Below are positions 49,201 through 62,640 of a DNA stretch of 64,000 bases, piece by piece. Under the pieces are notes generated by a model. The model saw only the letters and a list, made by a program, of their open reading frames with translations, searched no databases and was not told the origin of the DNA. The first letter of the stretch is position 1. Every line of letters starts with the position of its first letter. This DNA is from Oopsacas minuta (taxonomy: Eukaryota > Animalia > Porifera). Location of the stretch: the NCBI GenBank assembly GCA_024704765.1, contig JAKMXF010000339.1, forward strand, positions 124,001-188,000. The letters run 5' to 3'. The position numbers and the translations under genes are program-made.

Positions 49201-50118
49201 TCGTCTAGACTCTAGAGATAGCCTTTGGGTTTTAGCAACTGCATCTGTGAAATAAGTTAGACAATTTGCAAAGATACTAGGAACTGCAAATTTCTTAAGA
49301 ACAACTTTATTCCTGGGCATCTTGATCATCTCAACTCCGTTATAATATACAATATTCCTCTCGATATCTTCTTCACGGAATGATGTATACAGACCTATAA
49401 AGATAGAAATAATTATACTATATCACAGACAAATTTCTATAACAACTTACCAAAAATCGTTTATTCTCTTCATAGTCTCCTTTCGGTCGAGGAATCGCTC
49501 GAAACCACTTTTCACGAGTTTCAACATCAGTAGGAAAGGAAAAGTAGGCATATATGAATCGAATCACCTTGACTGTGATAATTCGACTTACAACCAGGTA
49601 CTAGGCATGTCATGTTGAATGTGTGATGATGCGGTACAAATATTGCAGTATTTGGAAGAAACGAAAATATTAACAATAATTATTATATGTTATCAACATT
49701 GAATACAAAATTTATGGGTGGGTAAAATATTTTCTATATTAAGAAGTTTAAGACACAAAATTTCAAAAGTAATCACAAATATTGACGCTAATACATAGCT
49801 TGCATGTTGCTACATAAGATCTCTATCCTCATAATGAATCATATATATTCTTAGAGCACTATAGGCGATTAATTCGCGCGAACAATACGACTGAATTGGA
49901 TATTCAAATATGTGCAAAACTGAAGTTTTATAAATCAGGCAAAATTATACTAAAATATGTTCTAAGGAGTAGCAGTTGTTGGATACACATAAATGTTGAA
50001 ATCACTTTGATATATTAAGAAATACAAAAGTTGTGATGTAAAGTAGTCCGATGGTAATGACAATCCATGGTCAAAAATTTCGATAGAGTGCCATTGCCTT
50101 AGTATATAGAATGCTATG
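46236..50118 (-). mobile_element. internally deleted THAP-domain P-element-like transposon
   Basis: ~70-bp TIRs starting CATAGCATTCTATATACTAAGG; THAP exons (CLVPGC...KWFRAIP | VCIHH) at 49612-49360; C-terminal IAGYAA, CQSC, DRGSLKYPS; catalytic core absent. Confidence 0.75.
47528..48829 (+). mobile_element. mariner (D,D34D-type) element, 1302 bp, frameshifted
   Basis: TIR CGAGGGGCACTCGAAAAGTTTTG / CAAAACTTTTCGAGTGCCCTTCG with TA on both sides; TGDETW, HDNA, HPPYSPDLAPCDF. Confidence 0.9.
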
Positions 50119-50929
50119 CGTTACTATATTAAATGATCCATCGTTGTAAACATAAAACATCTCTTTCTCTCTAAACTAGTTGTGTCTTAATTTAAGAAAA
50201 TTTCCGAACTAGAAATCAGAGTTTAATGAATTCTATACATACAATTATTTCAGTAACACAGAATCTCAGCACACATTTATCACCAAATTACAATTAACCA
50301 CATGCACAATTCGTGTTACATACTTAAATCTCAGAATTCTATACTCTCCTCAAAATATTACATGAGTGTCCATGGTGTTACTTAATCGGAGGCGTCGATC
50401 TTGGGGGTGGGCAATGGGCTCGTGCCCCCCCCCCCCCTCCCAATATTATTTATCATTTTTCACTTTTCCATCATTTATATTATTGATTAATTCTACAAAT
50501 ATATTCTATTGGAGTTATACAATTATTGCCAATAATTTGGCTTTGTGTATATTTGAATTTCAAAGGCATACAACAAATTGCCCAGCTTTCTTCACTTTAT
50601 GTAGAGCACCAATTTTGTATTATGAATCAAATTTGTTTGCTAGAGAGTTTTAGTATTTAATATTTGAGTGATTATTTTGTATTGGTTCATTCTAAAGTGC
50701 TTTCGTTTGGTTTCTTAGCACAATTGGCTTCACAGCCTTCACTCTCCAATACCTATATTTCGTAATATAAATTAGTACAGAATCATGGTTACTTGTATTA
50801 GATTTCAATATTTGTATTAATTCATTAATTGATGGCAAATATTTGGACAACAGTACAGTTGATCTGCTTCCCAGCCCTAAGCGACCAAGAATTCTACAGA
50901 ACTCTCCTAACCAACCTAGAGATATAACT

Positions 50930-51790
50930 TTTCCAATCGATCCAATAATTCATAAAAAGTATCGCTCCAAGCGCCATGCTAACTCATTGCCATATTCACT
51001 GTGTTGATCTCGCTGTTCAAGATGTAGTTATAACAATTCCTATAATGCGCAACTTTCTACATTTAGCAAATGATCTTATTGTATTTCTTAGAAACTCTCC
51101 AAAACGATGTGCTATTGTACATAAGATTGCACTGCAGTTAGACTGTCCGCAGAATCACATAAGACTCCTTACCTCTACACGATTCACTGTAAAATATTCT
51201 GCGCTTTCTGGATTATATTAACAATTTGATGTAGTTTTTGATGAATTGGAAGAGATAAACACACAAACCAGTGAAAGTAGGATTAAATCAAAAGGAAGTG
51301 GTAATATTAAGCGGTAACAGAATTTGATACATGTTCTGCTCTATGCTTATCACTCAAGCTATTTGAAATAACAGATAGGTTAAGCAAACGGTTTCAGTCT
51401 AAAGATGTTTCAGTCGGAGAAGGAAATTCATTTGTTAAATATCCAATCTCTATTTTAGAATCAATGGATTGTGAAGAAAAATTTAAATTACTCTGGTCAG
51501 AGGTGCAACAATTTTGTATAGAACACGGAACGGAATCTGCAAAACTTCCACATCAAAGACGACCTCCAATTCGATTTGATCTCTCTAGTAAAACTATTTT
51601 CAATACACCAGAAGAATACTATCAATCAATATACAATCAAGTTCTTGCTCATGCTTGTGATACTATACGATGTAGCATAACGAGCAAATACATAGTCTAG
51701 TATTAGAAAAAATCGAACACTTCTTAGTTGATAGTTGGAAAGGAGTTGCCATCAATCTAGATTACCTTAAACTTGTATGTAAGTGTAGTA
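50930..51790 (+). pseudogene. hAT (ZMYM1-like) transposase remnant
   Basis: HCHIHCVDLAV, RNSPKR, LTSTRFTVK, KLPHQRRPP; many stops. Confidence 0.55.
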
Positions 51791-52427
51791 TAGAGTTTAG
51801 TCAAGCGCTGTGTGCAATCGCAATACTTACTAGTTACTAACGAACACATTAGTTGTCAGCTATAAAAGCGACTAGCGCCTGTAATAGATATGTAGTTTAC
51901 ATTTATTTTTGTTACTGTGTATTACTCCTCAATAGCAAACAGAATCTTCCAGAGAGTAATGACAGAGCCAAGAACAGGCTCAGATGGATACTTGAGCCCC
52001 CTCGATCTGCTAATTGCAAGAGCTTAATTTGAGAAATTGAATCTCTGTCAGGAATACATTCTTTATCAAAGTTAGCTTATCAATGCACAATCTGCACTCT
52101 TGAAACCCTTTCAAGAATTTATAGACCGAAAATCCTCTGACAAGCTAACGACTAGAGAATCTACTGAGTGTATTCAATTGATAATATATCACCAATTCTA
52201 TCAAGATAATCCTCAAGAACTACAGTAGAACTCTGATATACAGTACCCTTCGGGAAATAAACAATAAACACATACTAACCGATCAGTGAACTATGCAATA
52301 GAGTAATTCGCTCCTAGAGGCGTATAGAATTGACCCCTCCTGTAATTAGGCGTACAATAATAACTCCAGCTAAGTGTATTACATACGCCTAAAAGGATCG
52401 TCTGACGCTACTCGTTAGAAAGAACTA

Positions 52428-53120
52428 GTGTCAATTGTGAGCACAAAAATTTTGTGCGATGGTCAAAATATTCCACTTCTTGGAGATCATGACAATTCTA
52501 CTGATCTGGAGAAAGATAACAATGAAAATCATGGAGACTTCCGTGTTCTTTTACAATTCAGAGTCGAAGCAGGAGATTCAGTCCTCAGTAATCACTTACC
52601 ACAGCAGCTAAAAATGCAACTTACACATCTTCTAACATCCAGAATCAATTGATTGATATCATTGCTAACAAACTAAGAAACAAGTTTCTTAAGAATATTT
52701 CAGAAATCCCAACGACTTCCAGTGATTTCTGATGAGATCACTGACATATCTAATAAAGAGCAGTTGAGCCTAGTACTGAGGTATGTAGATCCTGAGAATC
52801 TGTTAGTTCGGGAGGAACTGATGAGTTTCTTGGAATGTGATACTACTTGGATCACTGGCCGTTGCCTTTCGGATAAGATATTGGGCTGTTTGAACGATTA
52901 TGGATTGGATATTCCCTAGCTAAGAGGTTAGGCGTACGATGGAGCTGGTAACGTGGCGGGATCAATAAAAGGAACAGCAGCACGTATTAATAAGAAGTAC
53001 CCTCTTGCACTTTATCTTCGCTGTGCCTCTTACTCTCTTAATCTCGCTGTGGTGAAGTCTCTACAAGTCACCAGTGTTCGTAATATGATGGGTGTAGAGG
53101 ATAGAGTATCAGCATAGTTC
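52428..53120 (+). pseudogene. hAT (THAP12/PRKRIR-like) transposase remnant
   Basis: HGDFRVLLQFR, DEITDISNKEQLSLVLRYVD, AYDGAGNVAG, CASYSLNLAV. Confidence 0.7.
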
Positions 53121-53322
53121 CACCGAAGAGTATCATGTCTTTATGAGAGGTAGCCAAATGATTTCTCCCAGGTTCTTATTTCTAGACCTTCCTGATATTA
53201 TTCTAAATTTCAGATAGTGAGTCAAATATTCTACTTTGATTAGCCCAGATTATATTATATGTAACTTGTTTATACAAAATAATATTGTAAGGGGAGTTAT
53301 ATATGATATAATGGAATCATTA

Positions 53323-53515
53323 CAGGGACATCGCAAGGATTTTCGACCTAGAGGGCAATAAATTACCAGGGGGTCCATAGTTACCAGAGGGTAGGACGAG
53401 GTGCAAGGTGTTTTCATGGGTTTAGCAGGAGGCATAGTCAGTGGTGGATCTATAGATTTTTAGTTGGGTATAACTATCCAGCTGGGCCGTGGGGTCGTGT
53501 GGCTTTGAATCTGGT
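53323..53515 (+). repeat. uninterrupted copy of the repeat that hosts the Transib element
   Basis: cagggacatcgcaaggatttt...gtttagcaggaggcat...gtcgtgtggctttgaa aligns to 13471-13421 + 10501-10350 (minus). Confidence 0.65.
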
Positions 53516-54447
53516 TCGCAACAAGTTCTTGATGATGGTCTATGCGCGTCGTATACAATCAGTAAGGCCGCGGAGGGAAACCATCTCAAGAAATTTTGTT
53601 TGGTTTGCAATTGGTCCAGAAAGTTGACATTTTTCTGGTCTCTTCGACTAATAGTGTAGAACTCGGAAAATATTGGACTGCCGGGTACCCAGTCACATTT
53701 AGCACGATTGCACTGTAGCTGGGGTCTGGGAGCGCTTTAAGTCTTCCAGTGGAATATTAGAGTCGTGACGTAGTCCTTGGACAACCAGCAATATATGCAA
53801 CCACATTAATTATTTTTCTATTGTTTCGTTGGTTAGAAATTGATACAATTTCTCATAACTGTGTAAACATAATTGGTTTGGTATATTTGGCCATTTACTA
53901 TATAAGAAAAGATGGATACATTTGCTTAGGATAATACTAGAGATTATATAATATTGTGGGAAAATTGCGAGCGAAGCGAGCCGAAATGTTACAGTCTGCC
54001 AATCGAGCCAAAGGGATGACATCTATGCCTCCCCGTTGCCACGTCTCTGGAGTTGCTTAGTAAAGGGAAGGAATCGCATATGAGAAATCCCTCGTGGGAA
54101 TAGCCCTAGGAATTCGGTGTTAAAGGAAATCAAATGTATATCTCATTTCAAAACTTAAGTGTCTTTATGCATTGCTTGGAGGACTAATTAGGACGGACAG
54201 GCCGAATATTTGGCTACAGAGCTAGTTTGCCCTAAAAAATACTTTGACAATTACATACATATGAATGTCAGAGCATAGCAGAATATACTGTATTCTATGT
54301 AAATTCATTTAGTTATATAAATTTGATATCTCTCTGTATAGGTCTCTGTATTGATTTGTATTTATAGTTAGAGCTCATTACTTATAGTCAAATAGATAAG
54401 TTATATTATTTGAATTGTTTCATTATTCTATTTACAGAACTGAACTA

Positions 54448-55310
54448 ATGGCTACAGCTAATACTTTAGAGAGAATATTCTCTGTAGACTATAAGAGCAA
54501 GATACAACCTATAGTCAGTGTTTGTAAATTGGGAAAGGGGCTAGAAAATCTCCGCGGACCTAGAGGAGTAGCTATTGATAATTCTACTGGAGATATCTAT
54601 GTAGCAGATTACGAGAATAGTTGTGTTAAAGTATTCGATTGTAATGGTAAGATTATGTTAAAATTTGGGGATGAGGATGGAGAAGGAAAGATGTTTTGTC
54701 CAGTTGGGTTAGCTATATGTAGAAATAGAATTCTAATTTCACAAAGTAGCGACTGTATTCTTAATTATCAAGTGAATGGAGAGTTTATTTCTAGAATAGG
54801 GATACCTGGGGAAAGAGAATTGGAATTTGATTTTCCTCCTGGTCTGACATTCGATGAATCTAACGGAGAGGTATATATATGTGATTCAAATAATGATCGT
54901 ATTCAGATACTGTCCAAAGAACTTACCTACAAGACAGAGTTTGGGTCAGATCACCTCAATTTTCCTCTTGATGTTAATCTTACAAAAGAATTCATTTATA
55001 TTCTTGATCTATCTGATCTTTGTCTTCATTTGTACAACTACAATCTTATTCTACATAAGAGTATTATCTCTGGAGGATATGAATCAGAGCTGATTACTCC
55101 ATATTTCTTCTGTATTGACAATTCTAAAATATTCTTATTGCTGATTATTCTAATATCTCTTCTTCTTGCTCTATTTCTATATTCAACTCTCAATTTGATT
55201 TGATATACAAGATATCTATAGATTATCCTTCCGGTATTACAGTAGATCACAGAGGAAGAGTTATTGTAGTTTGTCCAGGAGGTGGACGACCTCGTCTCAG
55301 TATATTTTGA
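54448..55310 (+). pseudogene. NHL copy 4, frameshifted near the 3' end
   Basis: 1-nt loss near 55125 (ctaacaat to ctaaaat); homology continues to TGA 55308-55310. Confidence 0.85.
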
Positions 55311-55766
55311 TAATTATTCTATTTTACAGTATACTTACACTTGTTTATGTTTCCTTTCTAGAATAACTCATTTGTTACACTTCATTAAAGCTAAACTATT
55401 TCCTATAACACTTGGTGAAAAGTTGGCTCCCGCGCCCGTATTATGTATACAGCGGTTGCCATCAATTTATCTCAAGTTTGACTCTTCTAATGTACTATTT
55501 TCGTAACATTCTCATGAGTTATACTTCAAACGCACGACTGAAGATGCTTTAAGGATTAACAATGTAATATTGATCTAATATTCCCGTATTTATCACAATG
55601 TAATATTTATCTTATTGTGAACTTAGTACAAGTTTAGTAGCCCAGAATATATCCAATAATTTCATAAACCCATTTTTATCCTAGGTTGAAAGTCTGAGAG
55701 GATTAGTACTGATGTTAGAGATGACCACCATGATGGTTTTCCATTTGTTCATTCTTAGAGCAAAAT

Positions 55767-55985
55767 TTATGAAACAACTAGTACATTCTTCAGAACTATT
55801 TCTCCATTCATGACTTGCACGTATTCTGATTTACTATTTAACATCTTAACAGTCCTCTCAGTTTGAAATTTCTCAACACAACCCTGAATCATCGATTTAC
55901 AGCGCACATTTTTGATATCGAATCTATGCAACAATTCTTGTTTAATTGCCTTGAAGGATAACGTTTCAAAAATCACTGAATGCAC
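55767..55985 (-). pseudogene. Tc1-like N-terminal HTH remnant
   Basis: RFDIKNVRCKSMIQGCVEKFQTERTV resembles the HTH of Tc1-type transposases. Confidence 0.35.
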
Positions 55986-56498
55986 GAAGACCTCTACAGA
56001 ATACTCTATTACTTCGAATTTGGATTATGTACCTTATCTTTCAATAGTATTATTCTTATGTTTGACTGATGGTTTCAAGGTATCCCTGAATGTAGACGGT
56101 TCCGTTTTTGGTCCTCTGTTTGATTGATAATATAATGTCATGATTATATTCTAGATGAAGCTGTCTCTCGTTTTGTGTTCACTCATACACAGTTTTCATA
56201 TATCTGGGTTGAATATTTCGAGAAAACTTATTCTTATATATATATTGGCTTACATATGAATATGTGTATCTCCTCCAACCTTAATCCCACCATACACAGT
56301 CAAATTGTTGCATGAAAACGCAATATAACATTGTTGTGCCGTGTATATTGCCTTGTCGTATAGAACAAATTTGCATCAAATATTTTGATTTCTCAAATTA
56401 TATTCAAATTTTCCTTATTAAGATACTTAGAAGGTAGAATTTCATCGTCTCACCGGTCACTCAAGGATGATCAAATTTTGCTGATATTTGGAAGTACT

Positions 56499-58640
56499 CA
56501 GGGGTGTAGTGCTCAAATTTATGGTGGGGGAGCGCTTATACAAGAATATATCCCGAAAAATTGGTCCAACAAAGTTTTTTGTTTTTTAACGAAACATGTT
56601 TGTAATCCACATTATGAGTAATATACACTAAAAATATTCACAAATAATGTTGTCCTTCTTCTGTGCAAATGTTTTATCTTTCCAACTTCGACACACCGTA
56701 GCAGAATTATAATGTCTTACCCATGTTTAGTATATTCTGTGGGATTCCATATTGATAAAGGAGGAACATAAATTTGGATGAACATCAACGAGGAAACATG
56801 TTTTATTGGTAATCTTCTGTTGCGTTTCTCATCTAAAATGATATTCATCAGGCTAAGCCGTGCGCTCACATCCCGATAAGCTACAGGAAATAACATCAAT
56901 ACATCTTGAGTCCCAAATCCTCATAGTAATCACATAATGCAGTAATTATCTTATTTCAGATAATTAATCCAAACCGGTCACATAAAAGTTTGACTTCTCT
57001 TTCTCCATACCCAGGAGTGTGTTCAACAGGGCAACATTCTGGTGATAATACTTCCAGATTCTTTATTATAGATGAGTCATCTGCCACAGTTTCTTGAATA
57101 AACAAGCCTGCATAAACTTGATCAAAGTGCTAAGAAAATTGACTGTATTAATGTTAATAATAGATGCATTCGGTATGAGAGTTGTTAGATTGAATTATAA
57201 ATTCCTACTAGCACATTCTGCCTATAGTGATCTCGTGCCTTCATTCTCGATCAAGTTTTCTAGACGTCGAATTGTTCTGCAAATCATTTTATCACATAAA
57301 TAATTGTAGTGGTACGATGTTGTAATTCAGAAAGAGCTGATAACTAATAGAGAGTATCATACATTAGACCCAGATCGACAAGAAATCAGGTGTTCGAATT
57401 ATTTGCAACATTCCATTTAGTATCGCTCTTTCAGTAGAACTTCTCTCAGGATCTTAAGATGCAACATCGAAATGTTTACATTGAGATTGGTAATGGACCA
57501 GACAGCTTTTACTGTCCGGAAAGAACTGGCAACCCACCTTGTATCAAGCATTCGTCCAATTTTTGTGGCTTGTTCACAGACAGACGATGAACATTCTCTC
57601 AATTCTCTTTGATTCTTTGGTGGGCGTGAATATCAAGTATATAATTTATAAAATAATTTGAAGTGATTTGATAAAATTAATCTCTAAATTGCTTCAGATA
57701 CAGATAACCTAGACGATGGTTTAAGCAGTGCCAGAGAATGATATTTGGATATTTTATCGTAGATGCTCGCACCAGCAGAAGCAAATCCGTAACCCTCCAT
57801 ACAATTCAGTAGAGTACCTAGGATGGTTGAGGCATCCTGCTTTGCCAGTTCAATGAGATCCCACAACATGAATTTCGGATTTTCTAACTTTGAAGTTTCG
57901 CACTATTGATAAACTACTAGTGAAGAAATATTTGATAACGTCTTTGATTTATCAATAATTAACACAATTTTCCCTTCAATTTCCTGTGTACGGGAACAAA
58001 TCTTAAGTCTCATTTGGAACTTTATGTAATCAATGATTTCTGTTGCAGAATAGCGGGAACTAAATCGGGATGATCTGTATACGGTCAATTATTCTTGGCA
58101 AGATAGTAAGTTGTTTGAATAATTCGCTTAGTATCCTCTAATTGTAAATGTTTCAAAATGTCTGTGTGCGTTTTAATACAGGACTTTTCTACATTTAGAA
58201 TACTTTCTTCTGAAATTGTGTGTGCGTGAGAAGTTTTGTGTCGAACAATTTTGTTACGTAATGATTTCAATCTTGCTTCTTTTGTATCACCATAATAGTT
58301 AACAAGATCTTTAGACAATTCTGTAGTGATATAAACACCTCTTCTCTTATGCAAGGATAGACAAGACACTTTCTGGCATATTCAACACCCCAGAGTGCCA
58401 GCTTTGCAAAGTATACATTGGTAATCCTTTTGTTTACTTTTACACATATCGGCAGACCAAATATCTGGAATTCTAATCTCGTCAGAATCACTGCAAGAAG
58501 AGGCTATCGTAATAATAGCAAGCCCAGTCTCAGTGCTGTGAGAGCTTACTTCAATAATATAATCTTCTTCAGATTGTGAATTATCTAGAGTTCTTCGAAG
58601 GCGCTTTGTAGGAGGAGATTGATCAAAGTAAATCTAACAG
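56499..58640 (-). pseudogene. hAT (KIAA1586/ZNF862-like) transposase, heavily decayed
   Basis: LRNKIVRHKTSHAH, YYLAKNN, IIDKSKTLS, LIEL..QDASTI, LDTRWVASSFRTVKAVW, LMNIILDEKRNR. Confidence 0.7.
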
Positions 58641-59149
58641 AAATAGGTAATAGGAATTTTCCAATTATACAAAGAGAAAGTAGACAAAAATGGTTTCAGT
58701 ACATTATAAAGAGTCAGCAAGCCATTCTTGCCAAACGATTCTATATTAAATAATCGTCTAAAAGCCTCAGTATTGAATTCTAGCTCCTTTTACTACTCTT
58801 TTCCACATCCCTGAGTAAGTTGAAAAATAATGAAATAATCTTTTATGGAATTTCACATTACTGTATGTGTAAGGGGCCATTAATTATTGAAAGACAATAT
58901 AGTAAAGCCAATTGCACTGTTGTTATAATGGTCCAGAATATGCTAAATTCCCACACTGTTGATACGATCACATGGCCAAAACAGTGCAGTGCGATATTAA
59001 ATACTTCAAATAGGCAGAAACTAGCATCAAGTTTTGTGCCTGATGCTAGTTTCTGCCTATTGGAATAAACTCTGTCCGAAAATGGTATGATTCATCCGAC
59101 AGAGTATATATGGTTGTATATTTTTCATTCTTTACAGAAATTCATCAGC

Positions 59150-59700
59150 TCGGACTATAGCTGTCTTATGATACTCTGACTGTCTGCAGGAACCTGTCTC
59201 CCCTGTCACATCCATCCCGCCATTGACTATACTCAAATGGGCTCGTAGTATGATCAGTGGGAAAATCCCCCACCAGTTACAAAATCACAAGAAGAATTCC
59301 CCTCGCCGTCCAAACTCCAAAGAAAGCCGATATATAAATATATATATATCAGGGACTCGTCGCGGATAATTCTATTTTGATCCCATCTGGGAGCAGCCAG
59401 AAAAGTATGAGTTCATATATTCAAAGTCAAAGCCATTCAGCCCAATCCCAAGTGTTGTATATGTGTGGCTTCACATGACTTGGAAAAACTCCTACAACTC
59501 TTCGTGGATTCGGACAATCCTTCTACAAGAAACCTCCTGGAGACAGCTGTTTTGAAGGGTACTCGTTCGAACGAGTTCATATATTTGATGAGTTCATTGG
59601 GCAGTACTAATGGAACAACTGTTCGATCCAAGTCCGCCACTTCACGAAGCTAAGGGTGGTAATCTCCCTAATGCAGCATCGCACTATATCGTTTTGTCGA
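59150..59700 (-). pseudogene. Gypsy-like integrase remnant
   Basis: VVPLVLP...SCEA (H2C2 region), EFG..., QSEYHK; many stops. Confidence 0.45.
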
Positions 59701-60434
59701 ACCACTCCCTCGACGTACAGTGACACCAGATCCAGGTGAAAAACCACAGGAACGGGAGGCATACCGCAGACGTATAACTTCCTCCCATCACTTAAACCCC
59801 ACTTCTAATTCTCCAGGAACTACTACAGTTATTCGTAACAAGACTACAGAATTTGTTACTGGTTTTATTTCTAATATTGATAATTGACCTTTAATTACAT
59901 TTGTATTTTCCCATGAGTTGACATTTCTAATTGTTATGCGAGCAAAGGGAAGCGAAATTTAACAGTTTGCACATTGTGCCAAGGGGATAACCGGGGGCAC
60001 GAGATCTTGCCAAGGGGGATATAGCCCACTATACCCCCCGTGGAGACGTCCCTCGGGTTGACTTAGGAATGAGACGGAATCTTATGGATATCTTGTGGGA
60101 AATAGGAACGATTCTCATGTGAGAGATCCCATGCGGGGAAATCCAAAGAATTCCCATAGAGAATTATGTGCTAATGAGAATCAATAAGTAATTCCAATTT
60201 CAAACCTTAAGTGGCTCTATGTATCCCATGGAAGGACAAGTTAGGACTACCATATCAAATATGAATATAAGAATAGAGGAATATACTAAATTCATTTAGT
60301 TGTATAAATTTGATATCTCTCTGTATAGGTCTCTGTATTGATTTGTATTTATAGTTAGAGCTCATTACTTATAGTCAAATAGATAAGTTATATTATTTGA
60401 ATTGTTTCATTATTCTAGTTACAGAACTGAACTA

Positions 60435-61280
60435 ATGGCTACAGCTAATACTTTAGAGAGAATATTCTCTGTAGACTATAAGAGCAAGATACAACCTATA
60501 GTCAGTGTTTGTAATTGGGGAAGGGGATTAGAAGATCTTAATAATCCACAAGGAGTGACTATTGATAATTCTACAGGCGATATCTATGTAGCAGATTGTC
60601 GGAATAATTGTGTGAAAGTATTCGAAAATAATGGTCAGATTATGTTTAAATTTGGAGATGAGGAAGGAGAGGGAAAGATGTATCATCCAAATGGGTTAGC
60701 TATATTTGGAAATAGAATTCTAATTACACATCAAAGCTGCATTCTCAATTATCAAGTTAATGGGAAATTTACTTCTAGAATTGGGAAGCCTGGGAAAGGA
60801 GAATTGGAATTTTATGATCCTAGTGGTCTGACATTTGATGAATCTAACGGAGAGGTATACATATGTGATTATAATAATCATCGTATTCAGATACTGTCCA
60901 AAGAACTTACCTACAAGACACAGTTTGGACAAGATAACCTCAAATCTCCTCTTGATGTTAAGCTTACAAAAGAATTCATTTATATTCTTGATCTATCTAA
61001 TCCTTGTCTTCATCTGTACGGCTATAATCTTATTCTAAATAAAAGTTTGATATCCAGAGGATATGGATTACAGCTGATGTATCCATATTACTTCTATATC
61101 GACAATTCGAACAATACTCTTATTACAGATTATTATTTTAACTCTATTTCAATTTTCAACTCTCAATTTGAATTGATACACAAGATTTCTATTGCTTATC
61201 CTTCTGGTATTACAGTAGATAACAAAGGAAGAGTTATTGTAGTCTGTAGAGGCAAGCAAACTCATCTCGATATATTTTGA
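60435..61280 (+). CDS. NHL copy 5 (intact, 281 aa)
   Basis: ATG at 60435, uninterrupted paralogue of copy 1. Confidence 0.9.
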   Translation: MATANTLERIFSVDYKSKIQPIVSVCNWGRGLEDLNNPQGVTIDNSTGDIYVADCRNNCVKVFENNGQIMFKFGDEEGEGKMYHPNGLAIFGNRILITHQSCILNYQVNGKFTSRIGKPGKGELEFYDPSGLTFDESNGEVYICDYNNHRIQILSKELTYKTQFGQDNLKSPLDVKLTKEFIYILDLSNPCLHLYGYNLILNKSLISRGYGLQLMYPYYFYIDNSNNTLITDYYFNSISIFNSQFELIHKISIAYPSGITVDNKGRVIVVCRGKQTHLDIF

Positions 61281-62179
61281 TAATTTTTCTATTTTACAGT
61301 ATACTTACAGTTGTTTATGTTTTCTTTTTTGGAATAACTCATTTGTTACATTTGTACAAATTATACTCTTCCCATATTATATATTATATTTCTGATTTTG
61401 CTATTAACTTCAAATTGCTAATCTAAAACCGCGATACGATATTCCCCATAATTCAGATAAGCAAAAACCACGTAAGAGCTCCATTGTTACCACAGAGGGC
61501 CGTTAAATGAAATTTGGAATGACCATGGATATTAACAAATTCACAAAAATTTACCTCAAGGCACGTAGTACTAAGTATGTCCAGTCGCTTAGATACCCAA
61601 AAGCACTGACAAATGTAGTTGTTTCATACATTTGTTAAAATATGGGGAAATTTCGGGTATACTTCTGCCCTAGCAAGCGAAGCACGCTAGTATCCAATTA
61701 TAACCCAATAATTTTTGAAATTCTTATCAAATCAGTATAACCAATTTGTAGTAAATACCCGATTTCCTATACCCCCGGAATAATATCACTATTTGCATTA
61801 ATTGCATAGTTCTGTTGCCCTATTAAGCGGAGTATATTGTATAATCACACAACTGACAAATGGTACGTATTTTACCACATATTTCTCTGTTTATAAATCA
61901 GATGACGTCATCTCGACCCGACATAAGTTTGATCATTTAGCTAGTATTTAATATTCATTATCATTAATACATCTATTCGAGTCAAAATGTACCAATTATA
62001 ACTTTTAGAGATTAATAGAATTGGTTACCAAATACAGAGCATTAACGCTCCTCAATTGTTGGAGCCAGAGTTGGAATCGGGTCCACATTTCAGAACCCAA
62101 CCGACACAAACCCGAAGTGTAAATAGGTGTAGATATTAACTGAATTCCCTCTAAAATATATGTTTTGTTGACATTTTAA

Positions 62180-62640
62180 CTAATACGAGCATTTTGGCTC
62201 GTCGCTTCGCAATGAACTCGGCACATTCTGCCCTCTAGATATCCATTATTCTCCAAATTGACGGCCCCTTTGAGTAACATAATATAGAATATAGATACAT
62301 TTAGAACAATACAATTCATGAATATACGAATATTGCATGTATATTATTGGATTATTTTGTAAGATCAAACCTCTTTTGCAGCCATTGAGACAAGTATCTA
62401 CGTAAAATTTTGAAATTTTGCTAGTTTGTTTACTTTATATTGATAAAAACAACAATAAATTTACATATGATTAATCCAAAAGTGTGAAAATCGCAATCAG
62501 CATGTTCAATATATTTAGTGAAGTTTCATTGAATTCTATTTACTTACTTGATAAACACGATAAATACATAGTTATGTGACAATGTCGAAATTGGATGCCG
62601 TAAATCCTTTCCTTAACAACAGACAAACAACAATAGAGAT
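62180..62640. repeat. copy of the dispersed repeat family
   Basis: gctcgtcgcttcgcaatgaactc...atccattattctccaaattgacgg; taaatcctttcctt. Confidence 0.7.

Noticed and set aside
46228-50126. TSD for the P-like element
   Set aside because: Flanks (tgtactac / cgttacta) match only partly; not claimed
50422-50437. Poly-C run and (TA)n at ~30740
   Set aside because: Simple repeats inside MITE-like or repeat sequence; no further structure
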